Shown in pieces: positions 29,261 to 38,630 of a stretch of 64,000 nucleotides of DNA. Under the pieces are notes generated by a model. The model had not been told where the DNA came from and ran no database searches. It was given only the letters and a program-made list of their open reading frames with translations. The translations under genes and the position numbers were made by a program. Every line of letters starts with the position of its first letter. Position 1 is the stretch's first letter. The stretch is from an uncultured Hyphomicrobiaceae bacterium (GTDB taxonomy: Bacteria; Pseudomonadota; Alphaproteobacteria; Rhizobiales; Hyphomicrobiaceae): contig CAZCQH010000032.1 in assembly GCA_964500805.1 (NCBI GenBank), positions 1,706 through 65,705 on the forward strand. The letters run 5' to 3'.

Positions 29261-30238
29261 TCACTTCTGCTGCCGCGTCTTGGCCCACTCGAAGTACTTC
29301 TTCGCTGTCGCGTGCATGTCGTCGTAGTACTTCTGGTACTCGGCACCGGTCATGATCTTGATGGCGAGGCCGACCTCTTCGAGCTTCTTGACGTGCTCGG
29401 CATCCTCCATCGCCTTCTTCAACGTCTCGGTGAGCTTGGCGAGTGCCTTCGGGTCCATGTTCTTCGGGCCGGCAATGCCGCGCGTCGAATTCATGACCAC
29501 TGTCGGGAGCCCGAGCTCCTTCGTCGTTGGAACGTTGGGCAGAAACTTGGACCGCTCGGGGTCCATCACGGCGAGGACGCGCACCTGACCGGCCTGCGCC
29601 TGCTTCACGACCGAACCCACGTTGTCGAACGACACCTCGATGTTGCCAGCGAGCGTTTCCTTCAGCATCGGCGCGCCGCCATCGAGATGCACGATACGGA
29701 AGGAGGCGCCGGGCACCGCCTCCTCAAGCATGAGGATCGCCAAGTGGTCGTCCGACATGATGCCCGTGGTCGCGGCCTTGACCGTTCCTGGATTCTTTTT
29801 CGCCGCATCGATGACGTCTTGCAAAGTCTTGAACGGGCTATCGGCTCGCACCCAGATGATGCCGGGATCCAGCACCTGATTGATGATCGGCGTGAAGCTC
29901 TTGATGTCGAAAAGCGATTGGCGTTCCGGATCGACGATCACGGTGTTGGTCGCCGGCAGGTTGATGAAGCCGACGTAGTAGCCGTCGCCTTTCTGGCGGG
30001 AGAGCTCTGTCCATCCGACCTGGCCACCGGCGCCTGCCTTGTTGAGCACAACGATCGGCTGGCCGATCTGCTTTTCGGCGATCGAGGCGACGATACGGGC
30101 TGCCACATCGGTCGACCCGCCGGCCGGGAACGCGACCATCAGGTTGAGGGGCTTCGAAGGGAAGTCCTGTGCGATGGCCGAACTCGCGCCGAGGGCAAGG
30201 GCGAGGCCGAGCGTGGTCGTGAAATGACGGAAGCGCAT
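29261..30238 (-). CDS. tctC: tripartite tricarboxylate transporter substrate-binding protein (Bug/TctC family)
   Basis: Signal peptide MRFRHFTTTLGLALALGASSAIAQ then DFPSKPLNLMVAFPAGGSTD, the Bug-family signature. Start taken at internal MRFRH. Confidence 0.9.
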   Translation of the reverse strand: MRFRHFTTTLGLALALGASSAIAQDFPSKPLNLMVAFPAGGSTDVAARIVASIAEKQIGQPIVVLNKAGAGGQVGWTELSRQKGDGYYVGFINLPATNTVIVDPERQSLFDIKSFTPIINQVLDPGIIWVRADSPFKTLQDVIDAAKKNPGTVKAATTGIMSDDHLAILMLEEAVPGASFRIVHLDGGAPMLKETLAGNIEVSFDNVGSVVKQAQAGQVRVLAVMDPERSKFLPNVPTTKELGLPTVVMNSTRGIAGPKNMDPKALAKLTETLKKAMEDAEHVKKLEEVGLAIKIMTGAEYQKYYDDMHATAKKYFEWAKTRQQK

Positions 30239-30342
30239 TTTCGTTTCTCCTTGGACGTGACGGCGGGTGCGGTGGGGTTTGACACCGCACTCAAAAGTCG
30301 GAGACCTGCCGCGGCAGTTGCTGCAAGTTTCCGAGCCTTGTG

Positions 30343-31305
30343 TCACTGTGGCCGCTTCTTGGCCCAGTCGGTGTACTTGCGCGCTTTCTCATGCTCCTCC
30401 GTCCATAGCGCTGCGAAGCCCGCTGCGTCGAGCGCCTTGATGGCGAGGCCCTGCTCCTCCATGCGCTTGTTGTGATCTGGATCGTTCATGGCCTTGAGGA
30501 AGGCCGTCTCGAGGACCTTGACCACGGCCGGCGGTATGCCTTTGGGCCCTGCGATGCCGCGCGTCGAGCTCGAGATGACGGTCGGAAAACCTTGCTCGGC
30601 TGCAGTCGGCACATCGGGCATGAACTTGGATCGCTGCTTATCGGTGACCGCAAGCACGCGGATCTGTCCAGCCTTCAGTGGCTTGACGCCGCTGCCGACG
30701 TTGTCGAACGACACATCGACGTTGCCGCCGAGGGTTTCCTTCAACTGCACGGCGGCGCCGTCGAGGTGGACGATGCGAAACTTGGCGCCAGTTGCCTCCT
30801 CAGTCATCAGGATGTTCAAGTGATCGTCGGACAGAATGCCGGTGGTCGAGGCTTTCAGCGTGCCGGGGGCCGCCTTTGCCGCGTCGACAAGCTCCTTCAG
30901 CGTCTTGTGCGGGCTCTCGGCGCGGACCCAGATGATGCCAGGATCCTGCACGTGGTTGACGATGTGCGTGAACGACTTTTCGTCGAAGATCGCCTGTCGC
31001 TCGGGATCGAGGATCACCGTGTTGGTGCCCGGCATGATGATGAAGGCGATTGTGTAACCGTCAGGCTTGGAGCGCGCGAGCTCGGTCCAGGCGACCTGGC
31101 CGCCGGCGCCGACCTTGTTCACGATCACGACGGGCTGCTTGAGGTCCTTCTCGACGATGGACCCGAGGATGCGCGCAGCGATGTCCGTCGGCCCGCCGGC
31201 GGGTGCGGAGACCATGAGATTGATGGGGCGCTCCGGGAACGTCTGGGCGTTGGCGGCTGTGATGGCGAGCCAGCCGAAGATGAGGGAGCACAACAGTCGC
31301 AACAT
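30343..31305 (-). CDS. tctC: tripartite tricarboxylate transporter substrate-binding protein (Bug/TctC family), second copy
   Basis: Signal peptide then FPERPINLMVSAPAGGPTD. Clear paralogue of the adjacent gene. Confidence 0.9.
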   Translation of the reverse strand: MLRLLCSLIFGWLAITAANAQTFPERPINLMVSAPAGGPTDIAARILGSIVEKDLKQPVVIVNKVGAGGQVAWTELARSKPDGYTIAFIIMPGTNTVILDPERQAIFDEKSFTHIVNHVQDPGIIWVRAESPHKTLKELVDAAKAAPGTLKASTTGILSDDHLNILMTEEATGAKFRIVHLDGAAVQLKETLGGNVDVSFDNVGSGVKPLKAGQIRVLAVTDKQRSKFMPDVPTAAEQGFPTVISSSTRGIAGPKGIPPAVVKVLETAFLKAMNDPDHNKRMEEQGLAIKALDAAGFAALWTEEHEKARKYTDWAKKRPQ

Positions 31306-31362
31306 GGGTGTTTCTCCGTGGTCGTGCCGGTTCGTTTTGTGAGTTTCCGGCGATCTCTCATT

Positions 31363-31400
31363 CCACCAAAGGCGTCAGACCCGTGGGTCTGACCCCGTCC
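31363..31400 (+). repeat. REP-like palindromic element (copy 5)
   Basis: GGCGTCAGACCCGTGGGTCTGACCCC at 31371-31395, between tctA and tctC. Confidence 0.8.
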
Positions 31401-31408
31401 ATTGAGCT

Positions 31409-32905
31409 TCAGTCTCCTCCGCCTTCGCGGATCTCTTTCGGGGCAAGCTGCAGGGCGGCGACCACCAGGATAGTGGCAGACGCGATCAGCAGGAACAGAG
31501 TGATCGGCCGCGTGAAGAAGATCGAGTAGTCGCCGGCCGACATCTCGAGCGAGGTGCGCAGCGATTTCTCCAATTGTGGGCCGAGGATCATGCCGAGCAC
31601 AGCGGGCGCCAGCGGAAAATCGAGCTTGCGCAAGAGATAGCCGATGATGCCGAAGAGGAGCATCATCCACACATCGAACACGCTCTGATTGATCGAATAG
31701 GCGCCGAGAATGCAGAACAGCAACGTCCCAACGCAGATATACTGGTAGGGCACCTCCAGAATCTTCGCCCAGAGGCCGACCAGCGGCAGGTTCAGGATCA
31801 GCAGCAGCACGTTGCCGACGAAGAAGCTCGCAATCACCGCCCAGACGAGCTCCGGCTTTTCTTGGAACAGAAACGGGCCCGGAGTGAGACCATTGACGAT
31901 GAAGGCGCCCATCAGCACAGCGATGGTTGGCGACGACGGGATGCCGAGCGTCAGCAGCGGCACCATCGACGCGTTGGCGTAGGAGTTGTTCGCGGTCTCG
32001 GGACCTGCCACGCCTTCGATGGCGCCCTTGCCGAACTGCTCGGGGTTCTTCGACATCCTCTTCTCGAGAATGTAAGACATGAAAGTCGGTATGATGGCAC
32101 CGACGCCCGGGATGAGGCCCAAGAAGAATCCGAGACCGGTGCCGCGAACGATGGCGCCGAGCGAGCGGTTCCATTCGTCGCGGTCAGGGAGCAACCTCGA
32201 AAGATTGGTTTTGACCACTTCTTTCATTGGTCTCTCGGCGGTGGTCAGGATCTCGGCAACGCCGAAGAGACCCATCACGACAGGAATGAATCCAATGCCG
32301 TCGTAGAGGTCGGGCACGCCGAACGTGAACCGGGGTGCGCCGCGTACAGGATCGATGCCGATCATGGCGATGAGCAGGCCGACCACCGTCATCAGGATGC
32401 CGGCGATGAGCGATCGCCCGGCGAGGCCAGTCACCAGACAGAGTCCGACCAGCATTAGCGCAAAGAATTCAGGCGGACCGAAACTCAAGGCCAGCGTCGA
32501 GAGCGGTTTGGCGACCACGACGAGCGCGATCGTCGCCGCAATGCCGCCGATGAACGAGCCGATGGCGGCGATGCCGAGCGCCGTCCCGCCCCGGCCTTGC
32601 TTGGCCATTTGGAAGCCGTCGATGCATGTGATGACGGACGCCGCTTCGCCGGGCACGTTGAGCAGCACCGAGGTGATCGTGCCGCCGTACATGGCGCCGT
32701 AGTAGATGGCGCAGAGCATGATGATGGCGCCCGTGGCATCGAGCTTGAAGGTCAACGGAATGAGGATCGCGGTGCCGGCGGCCGGGCCAACGCCAGGCAG
32801 CACGCCGATCAAGGTGCCGAGTACGCAGCCGATCAGCGCGAAGGCGAGATTGCCCGGCGAGAGAGCGGCTGCAAAGCCGTTGAGAAGAAAGCCCAGCGTA
32901 TCCAT
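31409..32905 (-). CDS. tctA: tripartite tricarboxylate transporter permease TctA
   Basis: 498-aa polytopic membrane protein. G.LIGVLPG.GP and GLIPG.G motifs are typical of TctA. Confidence 0.92.
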   Translation of the reverse strand: MDTLGFLLNGFAAALSPGNLAFALIGCVLGTLIGVLPGVGPAAGTAILIPLTFKLDATGAIIMLCAIYYGAMYGGTITSVLLNVPGEAASVITCIDGFQMAKQGRGGTALGIAAIGSFIGGIAATIALVVVAKPLSTLALSFGPPEFFALMLVGLCLVTGLAGRSLIAGILMTVVGLLIAMIGIDPVRGAPRFTFGVPDLYDGIGFIPVVMGLFGVAEILTTAERPMKEVVKTNLSRLLPDRDEWNRSLGAIVRGTGLGFFLGLIPGVGAIIPTFMSYILEKRMSKNPEQFGKGAIEGVAGPETANNSYANASMVPLLTLGIPSSPTIAVLMGAFIVNGLTPGPFLFQEKPELVWAVIASFFVGNVLLLILNLPLVGLWAKILEVPYQYICVGTLLFCILGAYSINQSVFDVWMMLLFGIIGYLLRKLDFPLAPAVLGMILGPQLEKSLRTSLEMSAGDYSIFFTRPITLFLLIASATILVVAALQLAPKEIREGGGD

Positions 32906-32913
32906 CCCGCCCC

Positions 32914-33621
32914 CTAGAGCCCGATGACCTTGAAGACGTGGTCGAAGGGACCGATCGGCAGCGGAACCTTGAGCCAGTGATAGAACACGTGGAACACGCC
33001 GAGGCTCGCCGTCAGCATGAAAATCACGATCGCGGGGATCGAGCGAATGCCGAGAGCGGCAAGCAACAGACCTGAGAACAGCAGCGCCGTGACGCGGAAG
33101 CCGAGCGGGTCGAGGCAGGCGGCGGCCAGTGCCAGGAGTCCGACTATCGCCAGCATGCGCAGAAATGCGCCTTCATCCTCCGAAAGGCCCGAGCGGTTCG
33201 GCCAGATCGCGAGCCCGAGCGCCGCGACCGCCGCGATGGCGCTGGCAGCGAGCCGGCGCATCACACCTGGTTCGTCTCCCGCGATCGGATTCAAGAACGG
33301 CAGTGTCGGAAAGCGCCAAAGCACGAAGCAGAGCAACAGGCCGAGGACCAACGCCATCGCTTTCATGCCCGGTCGCGTGACCGGGTAGATGGCGTGACCG
33401 TTGTCATCTGGCTGCCGGCGCACCTCCATGATCAGAAGCGTGCCGAGAACGATGCCAATCAGGCTGAGCCAGAACGGAAAAAATCCGGGGCCAGGCCCGA
33501 GCGCGTCCTTCAACGGCAGTGGGCGGCTGTTCAAGACGGCGCTGCCAAAAATATCGAGCCACATCGCAAACGCGAAGAGCACAAGCAAGCAAAGGCTTGC
33601 GATTTGCCAGCCGCGTTTCAC
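32914..33621 (-). CDS. tctB: TctB-family small membrane subunit (unusually long, 235 aa)
   Basis: Position immediately upstream of tctA, multiple TM segments, G.GPGFFP motif. Confidence 0.7.
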   Translation of the reverse strand: MKRGWQIASLCLLVLFAFAMWLDIFGSAVLNSRPLPLKDALGPGPGFFPFWLSLIGIVLGTLLIMEVRRQPDDNGHAIYPVTRPGMKAMALVLGLLLCFVLWRFPTLPFLNPIAGDEPGVMRRLAASAIAAVAALGLAIWPNRSGLSEDEGAFLRMLAIVGLLALAAACLDPLGFRVTALLFSGLLLAALGIRSIPAIVIFMLTASLGVFHVFYHWLKVPLPIGPFDHVFKVIGL

Positions 33622-33741
33622 GCGCTCCCTCCCGACCAGGCGTCTTTTGCAAAAAGGCTAGCGGCTCTCAGCTGCGATAGCAACGCAAGGGACGCAGGGG
33701 ACCTGTGCGCTGACGGGGAAGCGGGCCCGCACAGCGGCTTG

Positions 33742-34701
33742 TCAGCTGCGCGCCTGCGGGATGACGTCCTTGGCCAGCGCCTCGACGATGTCGAGAGATT
33801 GATTGAGATCATTGCTCTCGAAGGAGATGATGACGTGGTCGACGCCGACGGCGGCGAACGCGCGCGCATCCTCGGCGATTTCGGCGGCGGAGCCCGTGAA
33901 GCTGACGCGGGTGCCATCGGCATCCTTTCGGGCCGCGCCGAGGACGAATCCATTGGCGTAGATGGCCACATCGATCTTGGCGGGGTCACGTCCGGCCGCC
34001 TCGGCTTCGCGGCGCATGTCCGCGAGTGCGGCAGCGAACGCTTGCGGCTTGTCGAGCGGTTCTGCCGGATTGCGGATGACGGGATACCAGCCATCGCCGA
34101 GTCGGGCCGCGCGCCGCCGTGCGGCCTTGCCCTCGCCGCCGATCCAGATCGGTGGTCCGGAGCGCTGCACGGGTTTCGGCTCCATCTTGATGCGATCGAA
34201 GGAGACGTGGTCGTCGGCAAAGCGCGGTGAGCTCTGTGTCCACAGCTCACGGAAGGCACGAATGAAGCTGTCCGTTGCCGCGCCGCGCTTCTTGAATTCA
34301 GTGGCGCCGAGGGCATCGATTTCCTCCTCGAGCCAGCCGACGCCGCAGCCGACGGTGAGACGGCCTTTGGTCAGGATGTCGATCGTCGCCAGCTGCTTGG
34401 CCGCGAGGATCGGATGCCGGTGTGGCACCACCATCACCGAGGTGAGCAATCGGATGCTGTTCGTCAGCGCGCCGGCAAACGTCAGGCACGACAGCTGTTC
34501 AAGAGCGTATCCACTGCCGATAGAGGGATGCTTGCCGTCGGGCGCGTAGGGGTAGCGGCTGTCCGAGGTGTCGGGAAATACGATGTGGTCGGGCATGCCG
34601 AGGTACGTGAAGCCGAGCCGCTCAGCTTGTTCGACCCGGGCCTTGATGCCATCCGGCGTGCCGGTTGCGCCGCGCGGTCCGATTGCAATGCCGAAGTCCA
34701 T
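33742..34701 (-). CDS. LLM class (F420-dependent-type) oxidoreductase
   Basis: 319 aa. MDFGIAIG...AERLGF..L.MPDH and RLTVGCGVGW patterns. Confidence 0.8.
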   Translation of the reverse strand: MDFGIAIGPRGATGTPDGIKARVEQAERLGFTYLGMPDHIVFPDTSDSRYPYAPDGKHPSIGSGYALEQLSCLTFAGALTNSIRLLTSVMVVPHRHPILAAKQLATIDILTKGRLTVGCGVGWLEEEIDALGATEFKKRGAATDSFIRAFRELWTQSSPRFADDHVSFDRIKMEPKPVQRSGPPIWIGGEGKAARRRAARLGDGWYPVIRNPAEPLDKPQAFAAALADMRREAEAAGRDPAKIDVAIYANGFVLGAARKDADGTRVSFTGSAAEIAEDARAFAAVGVDHVIISFESNDLNQSLDIVEALAKDVIPQARS

Positions 34702-34900
34702 GGGTGCGATCCTTGGTTCATCGTTGGTCGTTCGTCGAGCGTAGCGCGTCGTGGCAAATCACTCAGGAAAAATTTTCGCGTATGTCCCGGGGGTGCCCGT
34801 CCTGCAATGCAAAAAAGGGGGCGGGTTTGGGAGGGTCTCCCTCCCAAATGGGTGCGGGCGATAGCCCGCTTGTGCAACCATGCTCGCAGCGAAGCCGTCA

Positions 34901-35854
34901 TCAAAGCGCGAGGCGATGCACGTCGGCGTGGGTGGCGACGGCGAACGTGCCGTCGCTGGTGACCCAGCCGCGGAACATGCCGAGGGTATTGTACGGCGCA
35001 ACGACATGCCCCTCGGCGTCGATGGCGATGAGGCCCGCGCCGATCTTGTGCGCGCTCAGCGTTTCGTGGACCAGCGTATGCGTCGCTTCGCCGAGGCTTT
35101 CACCGGCGTACATCATCCGCGCGGCGACGTCGTAGGCGGCCGCGCAGCGGATGAACACTTCGCCTTGGCCGGTCCCCGAAACAGCGCACACCCCGTTCCG
35201 GGCATAGGTGCCGGCCCCGATGATCGGGCTGTCGCCGACACGACCCACGGGTTTGTTGTTGAAGCCGCCGGTTGACGTGGCGGCGGCGAGATTGCCCTGG
35301 GCATCGAGGGCCACCGCGCCGACGGTGCCGTGCTTCTCCGCTTCGCTGGCGGCAAGGATGGTGCCGTCCATGGCGCGGCGCTTCAACGAGGCGAGCGCAT
35401 CGACGCGGCGCTCGGTCGTGAAGTAGCTGTTCGGCACCATCGCGAGTCCTTGCCGCTCGGCGAACAGATCAGCGGCAGTTCCGGTCAGCAGCACGGATGG
35501 AGTCTTGTCCATTACCGCACGGGCGGCGCGGATCGGATTGCGGATGCGCTGCACGGAGGAGACGGCGCCGGCGTTCAGTGATCGCCCCTCCATGATCGAG
35601 GCATCGAGCTCGTGGAAACCGCCGGCATTGAGCGCGGCGCCATAGCCGGCATTGAAGTGCGGGCTCTCCTCCATCACCACGACGGCCGCCTCGACCGCAT
35701 CGAGTGCGCTGCCGCCGCGCTGGAGGATGCGCCAACCGGCTTTGAGGGAGTTCGCCAGATGCTCGCGCGCTTGCGCCCATTCGGCCTCGCTCAGCATGGA
35801 GCGGTCCAGCGTGCCGCAGCCGCCGTGAATGCCGATGCCGATGGGGGTGCTCAT
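34901..35854 (-). CDS. isoaspartyl peptidase / L-asparaginase (Ntn hydrolase, Asparaginase_2)
   Basis: GIGIHGGCG N-terminus and autoprocessing site HGTVGAVALD. Confidence 0.9.
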   Translation of the reverse strand: MSTPIGIGIHGGCGTLDRSMLSEAEWAQAREHLANSLKAGWRILQRGGSALDAVEAAVVVMEESPHFNAGYGAALNAGGFHELDASIMEGRSLNAGAVSSVQRIRNPIRAARAVMDKTPSVLLTGTAADLFAERQGLAMVPNSYFTTERRVDALASLKRRAMDGTILAASEAEKHGTVGAVALDAQGNLAAATSTGGFNNKPVGRVGDSPIIGAGTYARNGVCAVSGTGQGEVFIRCAAAYDVAARMMYAGESLGEATHTLVHETLSAHKIGAGLIAIDAEGHVVAPYNTLGMFRGWVTSDGTFAVATHADVHRLAL

Positions 35855-35905
35855 GGGCGGTCCGTCGTTCGTGGTTGGCAGTTGGTGCTGCGTCGTTCGC
35901 AGTGC

Positions 35906-36247
35906 CTAGTCGGCGAGGAGAATGTCGCCGTTGGCGATTCGAATGTCGATGGCCTTGAGCCAGGCGCCCTGGCAGGGCCCCGAGATGCAATAGCCGTCGC
36001 GCACCGCGAAACGGGCCCCGTGCGTGCGGCAGACAAGATTCTCGCCGGCCTCGTCCAGAAAATGGTCGGTGAGGATCTCGAGCGGCATGCGCAGATGCGG
36101 ACAGCTGTTCTCGTAGGCCCGCACGTCTGCGCCGTCCTTGACGATCACGACATCGAAGCCGGCTCGCCCCTCCCTCCGCGGCACCGCGACGCCCTTGGCC
36201 CCGGTCGCGTCGAGATCAGCCAACCGGCACAGCACCCGACCACTCAC
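35906..36247 (-). CDS. Rieske [2Fe-2S] domain protein
   Basis: CPH (SCPHLRMPL) and C..H (VCRTHGARF) ligand motifs. The GTG start overlaps the upstream stop as GTGA. Confidence 0.75.
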   Translation of the reverse strand: MSGRVLCRLADLDATGAKGVAVPRREGRAGFDVVIVKDGADVRAYENSCPHLRMPLEILTDHFLDEAGENLVCRTHGARFAVRDGYCISGPCQGAWLKAIDIRIANGDILLAD

Positions 36248-36678
36248 GGCGCGAGACCCCACATCCCGAGGATGGCGCCCTGGATCAGCAGCACACCGAG
36301 CCAATGACCACCGTCGATGAAGGTCAGGGCCCAGCTTTGCATCTGGAAGCGGTGGTTGACGATCAGTGTCGTCATCACGAAGCCCGCCCAGATGAAGACC
36401 GCGGTGATCATGCCGTTGCGCATGTTGGCTGGAAGCCCAGCCTTCGCCATGTGCAGGATGAGGCCGGCCAGCATCCACGCCATGAACGTCTGCGCAATGA
36501 AGGTGATGACGAACGGTGCCGGTGATGGACCACCCGCGCCCTTGATCTGCTCCTCGGTGAGCTTGGCAGCTGACAGCCACGGCTTCGAAAGGGCGCCGTA
36601 CCAGATACCGCCGAACACGAAACTCGCTATGGCAGCCAGGGGAAGCATCCAGGCGTTGAGGCCGGCGAAGAGCTTCAT
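36244..36678 (-). CDS. DUF1761 family membrane protein
   Basis: 144 aa. The 4-TM pattern MKLFAGLNAWMLPLAAIASFVFGGIWYG... resembles DUF1761 from memory. Confidence 0.6.
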   Translation of the reverse strand: MKLFAGLNAWMLPLAAIASFVFGGIWYGALSKPWLSAAKLTEEQIKGAGGPSPAPFVITFIAQTFMAWMLAGLILHMAKAGLPANMRNGMITAVFIWAGFVMTTLIVNHRFQMQSWALTFIDGGHWLGVLLIQGAILGMWGLAP

Positions 36679-36792
36679 CGAGGGTCTCCGTTGCTTAAGT
36701 GGAGCGCAGGTTTCGGGTCGAGTGGGAGGGCACACCTTGCTAGGCATCGACGCAGGAGCACGACGCTTTGAATCTGATGCAGGAGGCCACCC

Positions 36793-37284
36793 ATGTCGAT
36801 TCGATTCGTCGCATTGGATGAAGCAACTGTGGCGGCACTGCGAAGCGGTGCAGCCGATGCCAACGGACAACAGCCGGAGCGTCACCGAGCGGCGACAGGT
36901 GGCTTGCCCTGCCGTTACTGCTTGCGCGACATCAAGGCGGGTGAAGAGTATTTGACCCTCGCGCATCGCCCGTTTCCATCCGCGCAACCCTATGCGGAGG
37001 TCGGGCCGATCTTTCTGCACGCGGGTACCTGCCAACGGGGCGGCGGCACCGACTGCATTCCGGAGTTTCTGGATAGCCCGCAGTACATCGTCCGTGGTTA
37101 TGGCGCCGACAACCGCATCGTCTATGGCACCGGCCAAGTCGTGGCGACCTCTGAAATTCCGGCGTTTGCGTCAGATCTCTTCCGGCGCACCGACGTTGCC
37201 TACGCCCACGTGCGTTCGGCCAGCAACAACTGCTACCACTGCCGCATCGAGCGGGGGCGAGAGCTGTCTCGGAAGCTGGATTGA
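36793..37284 (+). CDS. DUF1203 domain-containing protein
   Basis: 163 aa. LPCRYCLRDIKAGEEYLTLAHRPF...PYAEVGPIFLH pattern recalled for DUF1203. Confidence 0.6.
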   Translation: MSIRFVALDEATVAALRSGAADANGQQPERHRAATGGLPCRYCLRDIKAGEEYLTLAHRPFPSAQPYAEVGPIFLHAGTCQRGGGTDCIPEFLDSPQYIVRGYGADNRIVYGTGQVVATSEIPAFASDLFRRTDVAYAHVRSASNNCYHCRIERGRELSRKLD

Positions 37285-37353
37285 CAGGGCCGATCGCCGC
37301 CAGCGTCACGGCTGGCTGGCTCGTCTCATCGCAACGTGTGCTATACGCCTCGC

Positions 37354-38016
37354 ATGTCTGGCGAAACTGCGAATGAGACGGCTGGCATTAGAGCCATCAC
37401 CGGCGTGATCCTGGCCGGTGGCCTCTCGCGCCGCATGGGCGGCGGCGACAAGGGGCTGCTCGCACTCGGGACACAATCGATGATCGGCCACGTCATCGCG
37501 CGGGTGCGCCCCCAAGTCGGCGCTCTGGTGCTCAATGCCAACGGTGATCCCGCGCGTTTCGCGCCGCTGGGGCTGCCCGTCGTGGCGGACACGATCGATG
37601 GCTTCGTCGGCCCGCTCGCCGGCGTGCTTGCCGGCATGCGGTGGGCGGCCGCTAACACGCCCGGCGCCGAATACGTTGCGAGCGTCTCGGCTGATGCGCC
37701 GTTTCTGCCGGCCGATCTGGTGGTGAAGCTGCATGCTGCGCTCGCAAAGCAGCCGCAAGCCATTGCCCTCGCCAGGTCTGCAGACGAACTTCACCCCGTC
37801 ATCGGCCTTTGGCCCGTCAATCTGGCCGACGATCTGGAACAGGAGCTTCGCACCGGCACCCGCAAAGTGCTGCGCTGGACCGACAAGCATGGGACGATTC
37901 CGGTTGATTTTCAGCCGATTTCGGCTGGCGGCCAGCAGATCGATCCCTTCTTCAATGCGAATACGCCGGAGGAGCTGGACGAGGCGCGCCGGCTTCTGGC
38001 ATTGATGGCTCCATGA
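37354..38016 (+). CDS. mobA: molybdenum cofactor guanylyltransferase
   Basis: GVILAGGLSRRMGGGDKGLL nucleotide-binding signature. The stop overlaps the mobB start (ATGA). Confidence 0.9.
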   Translation: MSGETANETAGIRAITGVILAGGLSRRMGGGDKGLLALGTQSMIGHVIARVRPQVGALVLNANGDPARFAPLGLPVVADTIDGFVGPLAGVLAGMRWAAANTPGAEYVASVSADAPFLPADLVVKLHAALAKQPQAIALARSADELHPVIGLWPVNLADDLEQELRTGTRKVLRWTDKHGTIPVDFQPISAGGQQIDPFFNANTPEELDEARRLLALMAP

Positions 38017-38630
38017 AAGCCATCAAAGGCCGCAACGACACGCCGATCATCGGCATTGCCGGCTGGAAGAAGTCGGGCAAGACCACGCTCACCGTGCGTC
38101 TCGTCGAGGAGTTCACGCGGCGCGGCTACCGCGTCGCGACGGTGAAGCATGCGCATCACAATTTCCAGATCGACGACAGCGAAGCCGACAGTGCACGTCA
38201 CCGCCGCGCAGGTGCGGGGCAGGTCGCGGTGGTGAGCCGCGAGCGGTGGGCGATCGTGCGGGAGCTCGACGGCGTGCCCGAGCCGGACTTCGCCGATGTC
38301 ATCGCCATGCTGGAGCCCTGCGATCTGATCATCGTCGAGGGCTACAAGTCCGCGCCCATTCCGAAGATCGAGGCGCGGCGCACGGCCTCGTTCACGCGCG
38401 AGACGCTGGCGCCGAAAGACCCGTTCGTGATCGCGGTGGCGAGTGATCATGCAACTGATAGTGCCGGTCTGCCGCTGTTTCCCCTGGACGATATCGCGGG
38501 CATGGCGGACCTCATCGCCAGGACGGTGAAGCTTGCCGCGCCCACGCGAAGCGAGCAGGCCGCGGCCGCGGGAAGCGATGCAAGGCCGGTTCGGCGCGCC
38601 AAGCGTGCTCCTGTCCGACCTGCGGAATGA
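38013..38630 (+). CDS. mobB: molybdopterin-guanine dinucleotide biosynthesis adaptor protein
   Basis: P-loop IGIAGWKKSGKTTL, VKH.HH and IVEGYK motifs. Confidence 0.9.
   Translation: MKAIKGRNDTPIIGIAGWKKSGKTTLTVRLVEEFTRRGYRVATVKHAHHNFQIDDSEADSARHRRAGAGQVAVVSRERWAIVRELDGVPEPDFADVIAMLEPCDLIIVEGYKSAPIPKIEARRTASFTRETLAPKDPFVIAVASDHATDSAGLPLFPLDDIAGMADLIARTVKLAAPTRSEQAAAAGSDARPVRRAKRAPVRPAE

Noticed and set aside
29240-30475. 411-aa plus-strand ORF (and 30472-31392, 306 aa)
   Set aside because: Both are antisense to the two tctC genes, which have unmistakable Bug-family signatures.
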